Origin: an uncultured Pseudomonadota bacterium
GTDB lineage: Bacteria; Babelota; Babeliae; Babelales; RVW-14
NCBI GenBank assembly: GCA_964493325.1
Contig: CAZBMD010000002.1
Location: 26,416 to 90,415 of the forward strand
Reading direction: 5' to 3'
Length of the DNA stretch: 64,000 nt
Shown: piece by piece, positions 57,876-64,000 of the stretch
How the letters are laid out: every line of letters starts with the position of its first letter
Numbering within the stretch: the first letter of the stretch is position 1
Program-made: the position numbers and the translations under genes
Notes under the pieces: model-generated
Told to the model about the DNA's origin: nothing
The model's database searches: none
What the model saw: only the letters and a program-made list of their open reading frames with translations

Positions 57876-58511
57876 ATGGCAACGAATGCGACCTGCAGCA
57901 GATGTCGACAAGCTGGCGAAAAACTGTACCTTAAAGGTGCCAAATGTCGATCTGCAAAATGCACTTTGGAACACAGACCAGCTATGCCGGGACAACATGT
58001 CAAAAAGGCAAGTACAAAAAAATTGTCTGAATATGGCAAGCAGCTTCAGGAAAAACAAAAAGTTAAATTAATGTACGGTATGTTAGAGCGCCAATTTCAT
58101 CGTTTTTTTGAAATGGCAGCTAAACAGCGTGGTGTTACTGGTGATAACCTGATAACTCTGCTTGAAAGACGCCTTGACAACGTTGTTTTTCGTCTTAAGA
58201 TGGCTATTTCTCGCACACAAGCTCGACAAATGATTGTGCACGGCCATATTTATGTTAACGGAAAACGTGTTGAAACTCCGTCTTTCTTGGCAAACATAAA
58301 TGACGTTATTACATTTTCAAATAACACACTTGGCAACACAAACTTTATTGAAAATATTATCGATAAACGTTTGAGTGCTGGAACCAAAGTTCCTGAGTGG
58401 TTAGAATTACAAAAGAAGGATCGTAAGGGTGTTATTTTAAGACTTCCTATTCGTTCCGATGTCAATGTGCCAATTGAAGAGCACTTGATTGTTGAGTTGT
58501 ACTCCAAGTAA
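57876..58511 (+). CDS. rpsD: 30S ribosomal protein S4 (N-terminal Cys cluster form)
   Basis: CSRCRQAGEKLYLKGAKCRSAKC N-terminus, an S4 RNA-binding domain (RLDNVVFRL..SRTQARQMIVHGHIYVNGKRV). Confidence 0.95.
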   Translation: MATNATCSRCRQAGEKLYLKGAKCRSAKCTLEHRPAMPGQHVKKASTKKLSEYGKQLQEKQKVKLMYGMLERQFHRFFEMAAKQRGVTGDNLITLLERRLDNVVFRLKMAISRTQARQMIVHGHIYVNGKRVETPSFLANINDVITFSNNTLGNTNFIENIIDKRLSAGTKVPEWLELQKKDRKGVILRLPIRSDVNVPIEEHLIVELYSK

Positions 58512-58596
58512 TCAGTAATGCGGTTGTACCATTTTTTGGTCGCATTGATGCGTAGAGGTTGAAGATCGTTGTTGTTTTTAGGGATGGATCCAGGAG

Positions 58597-59646
58597 ATGA
58601 ATTATAAGCCGTTGATACTTCCGAAATTAAATTGGGAAAAAAAATTATCATCAAGTACGTTAGGAGAGTTGATTGTGCAACCGCTAGAGCCAGGTTTTGG
58701 CACTACGCTGGGTAATGCATTAAGGCGAGTTATCTTATCTTCCGTTGAAGGTTCGGCCGTAACATCGGTAGTCATCAAAGGCGTTAATAACGAATTTTCA
58801 GTTATTAAAGGCGTGATTGAAGATACGCTCCAAGTGATTTTGAACATAAAAGAGATCGTTGTTAAAAATTCAACAGGTAATCCTGGCAAGATGCGCCTTT
58901 CTCTTCAGGGTGAAGGTGTTGCTCGAGTTGCTGATATTGTTGCTGATGAGCATCTTGAATTAATTAACAAGGATCATGTTATTGCTCACTTGGCAACTGA
59001 TGGCGATCTTGAAATTGAATTTTTTGTTGAAAATGGTCGTGGATACGTTCCTGCACAGTGGGCGGTTGGCAAAGCTCTTCAACCAGACGGTAGAATTTAT
59101 CTTGACGCAATGTTCTCACCAATGAAGCGTGTTGAATTCAATATTGAAAAAACACGTGTTGGTCAAGAAATTGACTATGATAAACTAACAATGCGTATTG
59201 AAACCAATGGTGCAGTGGACCCTCGTGATGTTGTCCATTATGGTACATCCGTACTTCGAACCCAATTAGAGCATTTTTTAACAGCTACAGAAATTCCATT
59301 CAATGAGATCTCAAAAAGTGAAGAAGATAAATCGGTTAAAGATAGCAAGATTGACTTTGATGGACCAACTCAAGGCCTTCCAGTTGATCTGTTCTTGAAG
59401 CCTATCGATGAGCTTGAATTCTCTGTGAGAGCGCATAATTGTCTCAAGGGTGCAGGTATTAATCGGGTTATTGATTTAGTGAACTTAACTGATGATGATG
59501 TTCTTAAAATCAAAAATTTTGGTCGTAAGTCATTACGTGAAGTAAAAGAAATTTTATCCGCATTTGGTCTTCGTTTAGGTATGAACATCAAAGAATTGGA
59601 TTTGAAGAAGGCTATTAAAGAACAAGAAGGTAGTGTAAAACCATGA
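58597..59646 (+). CDS. rpoA: DNA-directed RNA polymerase subunit alpha
   Basis: GELIVQPLEPGFGTTLGNALRRVILSS N-terminal domain and a C-terminal domain with ELEFSVRAHNCLKGAGI..NFGRKSL. Confidence 0.96.
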   Translation: MNYKPLILPKLNWEKKLSSSTLGELIVQPLEPGFGTTLGNALRRVILSSVEGSAVTSVVIKGVNNEFSVIKGVIEDTLQVILNIKEIVVKNSTGNPGKMRLSLQGEGVARVADIVADEHLELINKDHVIAHLATDGDLEIEFFVENGRGYVPAQWAVGKALQPDGRIYLDAMFSPMKRVEFNIEKTRVGQEIDYDKLTMRIETNGAVDPRDVVHYGTSVLRTQLEHFLTATEIPFNEISKSEEDKSVKDSKIDFDGPTQGLPVDLFLKPIDELEFSVRAHNCLKGAGINRVIDLVNLTDDDVLKIKNFGRKSLREVKEILSAFGLRLGMNIKELDLKKAIKEQEGSVKP

Positions 59647-59999
59647 ATCACCAAAATGGCAGAAAAAAATTAAATATGAAGCCTGCTCACCGCAAAGCCG
59701 TTTTGCGGAACCAGATTATTCATTTTATTAAATTTGGCTTTTTACAAACAACAAAGCCTCGTATTAAAGAAGTTCAGCGCTTGACTGAAAAAATTGTTAC
59801 CATTTCACGAGTAGGTAATGATTTTAATACAATCAGACGTGTTAAGCAGCTTTTGCCTTATGACTTTGCAGCTGTAACAAAATTGATTAAAGAAGTTGCG
59901 CCAAAGTATGTTGGCAGACCAGGCGGTTATACGCGCGTTATTCCTTTGGGAAGACGTGAAGGTGATACAGCGCCTATGGCTCGTCTTGAGTGGGTCTAG
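59643..59999 (+). CDS. rplQ: 50S ribosomal protein L17
   Basis: GRKKLNMKPAHRKAVLRNQ and GGYTRVIPLGRREGD are the L17 signature. ATGA overlap with the rpoA stop. Confidence 0.94.
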   Translation: MNHQNGRKKLNMKPAHRKAVLRNQIIHFIKFGFLQTTKPRIKEVQRLTEKIVTISRVGNDFNTIRRVKQLLPYDFAAVTKLIKEVAPKYVGRPGGYTRVIPLGRREGDTAPMARLEWV

Positions 60000-60026
60000 T
60001 TTCTAGCTCTAGATTTAAGATTGCAA

Positions 60027-60055
60027 GGGCATCGGAAAAACCGGTGCCCTTTTTT
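60027..60055 (+). terminator. Rho-independent terminator ending the ribosomal super-cluster
   Basis: Stem gggcatcgg/ccggtgccc (one G-U pair), loop aaaaa, followed by a 6-nt T-run. Lies 28 nt after the rplQ stop. Confidence 0.85.
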
Positions 60056-60210
60056 ATTGAGCTGCAACAATTAAGATCGATGTTGTTAAAGTTCATCATT
60101 GAGAGTGTGTGATTTGGATAAAAAATAATTTGTTGAATTATAAGTGTGGAGCTGTTTAAAATGAGCAGTTAATTATGAAAAAATTATGAGCCAATGAAGG
60201 GAGATAGATA

Positions 60211-61182
60211 GTGGCACAAGCATCGGATGCATATCTTCGGTCGTTCAAAGTAGCCATTATTGGCGCTGGGTTTGTTGGCAGTACAACGGCTTATGCTCTC
60301 ATGCTACAGGGAATATCTTCAGAAATAGCACTCATTGATATCAATAAAGAAAAAGCTGATGGTGAAGCTCTTGATCTTCAGCATTGTCTTCAGTTTACAC
60401 ATGCAACTCATATTGTTTCTGGTAGTTCTTTTGACCTTGTAAAGGATGCATCAGTGGTGGTCATTACTGCTGGTAAGGCGCAGTCTCCTGGAGAGACAAG
60501 GACCAATCTTTTAGAGGCAAATGTTAATCTTTTTAAAACGATTATTCCTAAAATTGTTCAAGTAAACAAAGACTGCATAATCTTAGTGGTTACAAACCCG
60601 CTTGATGTTTTGACTTACGTTGCGTGGAAACTATCAGGGTTTCCTTCGTGTCGCGTTCTTGGCGCTGGAACAGTTCTTGACACAGCGCGCTTGCGTTTTT
60701 TAATTGGTCAGCATTTTGACATTAGTCCCAAAGATATTACAGCTCATATTTTAGGTGAGCACGGTGATTCAGAGTTTATTTGGAAAAGTCATGCAAATAT
60801 AGCAGGAGTGCCATTGAGTAGTTTTGCGGGATATTCTGATGGTCTTATGAATCAGTTTCATCAACAGACAAAAAATGCTGCATACCAGATTATCAATAAA
60901 AAAGGTGCAACATATTATGCAATTGCCCTTGTTGTTGCAAAAATTGTTCGTGCCATAATGCTTGATCAATCTAGGGTTTTTACTGTCTCTTCACGCCTTG
61001 ATAATTACCAAGGAATCAGTGACGTTTGTCTGAGTGTTCCTACTATTGTTCGAAGAAGTGGCGTGTGCCAGCAGCTTGAGCTTAATTTAAGTCAAGACGA
61101 AAAAAAATTATTTGCTACATCTGCTGAAAAAGTTGCACAAGATATCAAAGTGAGCTTAAAGTTTTTGAACAATAAATTATGA
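60211..61182 (+). CDS. ldh: L-lactate dehydrogenase (LDH/MDH superfamily)
   Basis: KVAIIGAGFVGSTTAYAL Rossmann motif and catalytic GEHGDS. The substrate loop AGKAQSPGETR has Gln at the LDH-discriminating position (MDH has Arg). GTG start with GGGAGA SD. Confidence 0.8.
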   Translation: MAQASDAYLRSFKVAIIGAGFVGSTTAYALMLQGISSEIALIDINKEKADGEALDLQHCLQFTHATHIVSGSSFDLVKDASVVVITAGKAQSPGETRTNLLEANVNLFKTIIPKIVQVNKDCIILVVTNPLDVLTYVAWKLSGFPSCRVLGAGTVLDTARLRFLIGQHFDISPKDITAHILGEHGDSEFIWKSHANIAGVPLSSFAGYSDGLMNQFHQQTKNAAYQIINKKGATYYAIALVVAKIVRAIMLDQSRVFTVSSRLDNYQGISDVCLSVPTIVRRSGVCQQLELNLSQDEKKLFATSAEKVAQDIKVSLKFLNNKL

Positions 61183-61416
61183 TTTTTGCTGGATATAGCC
61201 TTTTAGCCGTTGTTTTAATAGAGTGTCGAAAACGTTTTATCAAAATAAAATTGAATTTTTTTACAAATCTTTACAAATATACAAGGCGTTACTAGACTCA
61301 AGTTTCAATTATATTATGGGCATTTGAGAGAGTTTGTGGACAACATAAATTCATAAACGTACTGGCTACTTTGGAGAGTAGTTACCAGGCGTAGTGTTGG
61401 AAAAAGGAGAAAAGTA

Positions 61417-64000
61417 ATGAATAGAGCGTTTCGTGCGCTTGCACTTGCAGGCGTTCTTCTTGGATCTTTAAACCCCCTTATGTGTCGAATAAATTTTAGC
61501 AGTCAGCAGTCAGGTATTGCCGTTGATGCTGGCGCGCGTTTTAATGTGAGTTCCTCTAATCTCGCGATTGATGGAACGTTGCATGGGGATAATGCGGCTG
61601 CTATTTCTGGGAATGATATCTCGTTCAATCGAGGAGTTCTTGATCAGAATGGAACAGAAGTCGAAATGACTGGTTTTTATGTTCCAACGGGAAGCGATGC
61701 TCTTGAGCTTCGTGGCAATGGTCGATTTAAGGCTGAGCCAGGAACCGTTATTCATCAACTTACCTTACTCATGACAGGTAATAGACTTGAAGGGCAGCCT
61801 CTTTTTCAGCAGCCTATTCTGCTGACCGATTCAAGCACAAGCCTAACCATTGCGATTCAAAATAAATTAAATCAGGATATTTCGTTGAACGGTGGAACGC
61901 TTCAGCTTGATGATGATTTACGGTTAACCGATGACTCAAGAGTTAACGGTCCGGGTATTGTTAAACTAAATAAGCGACAACTGAGTCTTGGAGGTTTTTA
62001 CTCAGCTCCATGGACTGGTGCTCTTGTTTTTGATCATGCAACAGATGTTGCTCTGAATGGACATGTGCAATTAGATGGACAGTGGACGTTTAGTGGTACA
62101 AGCAATCTGAATGGTCATGGATCAGTTCTTGATCTGACCAATGGTGGAACAATTTTTGTAACAAATGGAAGTACTCTTTATCTCAATGATGTCTATATCA
62201 AAGGATTAGGTGATCCATATAATTATGGGAAAATAGTTTTTGGAAATCATAATTCCTGCATTCGCACATCAGGGTCGTATCTTGAATTCGAACAAGACTA
62301 TAATGTTCCAACCGGTGGATTTTATGTTGATGGCGACACGACTTTTGTTCTGAAAGAAAATAATCTGATATTTGATCAACACGCGTCGCTTACTGTTGAT
62401 GGTGCTACATTGTGGCTTGATGTTAATAATTTTGATTTAACAACTCCTGGTCAACTACGCGTGCCGCTTCCTGTATTTGTTGAGCATGTTTGGAGTACTT
62501 CTGGTGTTGCTTATGATACAGCTGTTGGAACATTAACGCTTCTCAATACAGGGACAATTAAAGAAACGGCTGATAAGTCTTTGGTTGCTGCATCATTTGG
62601 ATGTGATGACGATTGTTTGTTGCTGAGTGGGTCGATTACAACAACGCTCAATTTGAAGAAGAGTGTGCTTGTCCCAGCAGATAAAATTATTAAAGTTGAT
62701 GCAAATGTCTGCATAAATGGTAATGGTCAGACTGTATACTTTTCTCATCCAAAGCATCCTCAGTTTATTGTGTCAGAAAATGTTACTGTGATCCTGAAAA
62801 ATATTGATTTTACACGGATCCGTTCAAATACTTTTGATTTGCGCCCTGGTGCTCGTGTTTATGTTGAGCGTTGTGTAGGCTTTGAGTTGTCAGAAGATAT
62901 GACATTTTCGTCAGGCCGCTTGAAAGTTCTTGATATCCCTGGTGGTAATATTTTCAATATTCGTGGTCTTGCCGGAAGAAAACGATTCTTGGTTAAACCG
63001 CTTATCCCTACTCACAATATTCTTGATCTTGGGCAAAATTCTATTTTGCTTAATGCTATTGAGTTTAGTGGGTTTGATTCAGTGCTTCATCGCAATGCAG
63101 AGCTTTTTGGAACATTTGGTCTTTCGGGTGAAAGTGCCGCTGCTATTGATGCGGATACTGCAATGAATTTCTTTATTGAAGGAATAGGCAATGAGATATT
63201 GCTCCTTAATGATGAAATAAACCTTTCAGGAGCAATCACATTTGGTGATTTTGCTGCTAACTTCCTGCATATCAAGACTGCAATTACAGCACCTATTCTT
63301 GCAAAGCCTGACGTTAATATTGGGTTTCCTCTTCTTGTGCTTTCTGGTGACCCAGGAATCTTTGTTGCGTCAGAATTTGGTGAAGCAGGTGTCTTTCTTG
63401 ATGATCTAAGTATTGCCATTCAAAATGATGCAGGGAACTCGTTTGTTTTTGATGTCAATTCTTTCCTTGTTTGTAAAAATTTACAAATTCTTGGCAATGA
63501 CATTAAGCAGTCTTCACCTCTATTTGGAGTTGAGGCATTGAGTATCTTAGGTGGAAAAATTAATCCATCATTTGTAAGATCTCCAGCGCTTGCTCATGAG
63601 TTCTCAAGTCGTCCTGTTTCAGCAATTCATTTGATGAGAGAGCGTGAACGACAAGCGTTTGCTGCGTCAAGTGCTTCGGCAAAGGCTCAATCCTCTCATT
63701 ACCCAACAAGTCACAAAAATGATAAGAAAAAAGAGAATAAGTCAAAAAAGAAAAAATCAAAAACTCATCATCGTTATGCAGAATTGCTTGGTCTAGAAAT
63801 ACAAGATTTTGATTTTGATGATTATGTGATTCGTGGTCAGAAAATAAAACGGCGAAGAGACTTTATTCAAGTTCCTGCTGACGAAGATCTTGACGTTATT
63901 TACGATGGAACGCTTATCATCCCTACCGAGGAGGTTACTGGTAATGTACTTGTTCGTAATGGTGGACGTATCGAAAACTTTCAAGTTGATCCAGATGTTG
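61417..64000 (+). CDS. Large secreted beta-helix/adhesin-like protein, 3' end outside window (>861 codons)
   Basis: Hand translation of frame +1 from ATG 61417 (AGGAG 8 nt upstream) finds no stop up to base 64000. Signal-like N-terminus MNRAFRALALAGVLLGSL. Gly/Asn/Thr/Asp-rich with recurring NGGT[LI].., FxxN and ..L.L.D. rung-like motifs. Absent from the ORF track because there is no stop in the window. Confidence 0.8.
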   Translation, partial: MNRAFRALALAGVLLGSLNPLMCRINFSSQQSGIAVDAGARFNVSSSNLAIDGTLHGDNAAAISGNDISFNRGVLDQNGTEVEMTGFYVPTGSDALELRGNGRFKAEPGTVIHQLTLLMTGNRLEGQPLFQQPILLTDSSTSLTIAIQNKLNQDISLNGGTLQLDDDLRLTDDSRVNGPGIVKLNKRQLSLGGFYSAPWTGALVFDHATDVALNGHVQLDGQWTFSGTSNLNGHGSVLDLTNGGTIFVTNGSTLYLNDVYIKGLGDPYNYGKIVFGNHNSCIRTSGSYLEFEQDYNVPTGGFYVDGDTTFVLKENNLIFDQHASLTVDGATLWLDVNNFDLTTPGQLRVPLPVFVEHVWSTSGVAYDTAVGTLTLLNTGTIKETADKSLVAASFGCDDDCLLLSGSITTTLNLKKSVLVPADKIIKVDANVCINGNGQTVYFSHPKHPQFIVSENVTVILKNIDFTRIRSNTFDLRPGARVYVERCVGFELSEDMTFSSGRLKVLDIPGGNIFNIRGLAGRKRFLVKPLIPTHNILDLGQNSILLNAIEFSGFDSVLHRNAELFGTFGLSGESAAAIDADTAMNFFIEGIGNEILLLNDEINLSGAITFGDFAANFLHIKTAITAPILAKPDVNIGFPLLVLSGDPGIFVASEFGEAGVFLDDLSIAIQNDAGNSFVFDVNSFLVCKNLQILGNDIKQSSPLFGVEALSILGGKINPSFVRSPALAHEFSSRPVSAIHLMRERERQAFAASSASAKAQSSHYPTSHKNDKKKENKSKKKKSKTHHRYAELLGLEIQDFDFDDYVIRGQKIKRRRDFIQVPADEDLDVIYDGTLIIPTEEVTGNVLVRNGGRIENFQVDPDV

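Noticed and set aside
1-64000. Scan for CRISPR arrays, rRNA, IS elements/transposases, integrases, toxin-antitoxin pairs and known defence-system genes.
   Set aside because: No regularly spaced direct repeats and no Cas-like, transposase-like or integrase-like translations were seen by eye. The only multi-copy structure is the three-gene paralog array at 9.2-11.3 kb.

Overview
Gene-dense, moderately AT-rich bacterial chromosome segment with short spacers and many overlapping stop/start codons. I saw no rRNA, CRISPR array, transposase or integrase. The organism is a diderm: bamD-like, lptD, lpxC, rseP, yidC, ftsI and glmU are all present.

Layout:
- 40.6-60.0 kb is one uninterrupted str-S10-spc-alpha super-cluster, rpsL to rplQ. 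It holds 27 r-protein genes plus fusA, tuf, secY, adk, map, infA and rpoA. It includes rpmJ (absent from the ORF track) and lacks rpmD/L30.
- The left 40 kb is mostly housekeeping: zwf (5'-truncated by the window edge)-gnd, cysS, ftsL-like/ftsI, recD2, a deoxynucleoside kinase, a partial F-ATPase operon (c, b', b, delta, alpha only), sbcD, glmU, tRNA-Ser(CGA), a SulP permease, recR, pepP, a secreted M49 peptidase, rplM and lpxC.

Accessory-looking content:
1. A >860-codon ORF (61417 to the window end) that the ORF track misses. It encodes a signal-peptide, beta-helix/adhesin-like protein.
2. Three tandem paralogous Sec-signal proteins of unknown function (9.2-11.3 kb).
3. A DUF62 SAM-cleaving enzyme tightly linked to an EamA/DMT transporter, a possible SAM-scavenging module. 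It lies downstream of a 444-bp spacer with a locally GC-rich patch.
4. A secreted jacalin-like lectin.
5. An unknown outer-membrane beta-barrel gene next to a secreted protein gene.

LPS and outer-membrane biogenesis combined with nucleoside/SAM salvage and many orphan secreted proteins suggests a reduced, host-associated lineage, for example Dependentiae/TM6-like. That taxonomic guess cannot be verified here. All family assignments come from reading motifs by eye; no database search was run.
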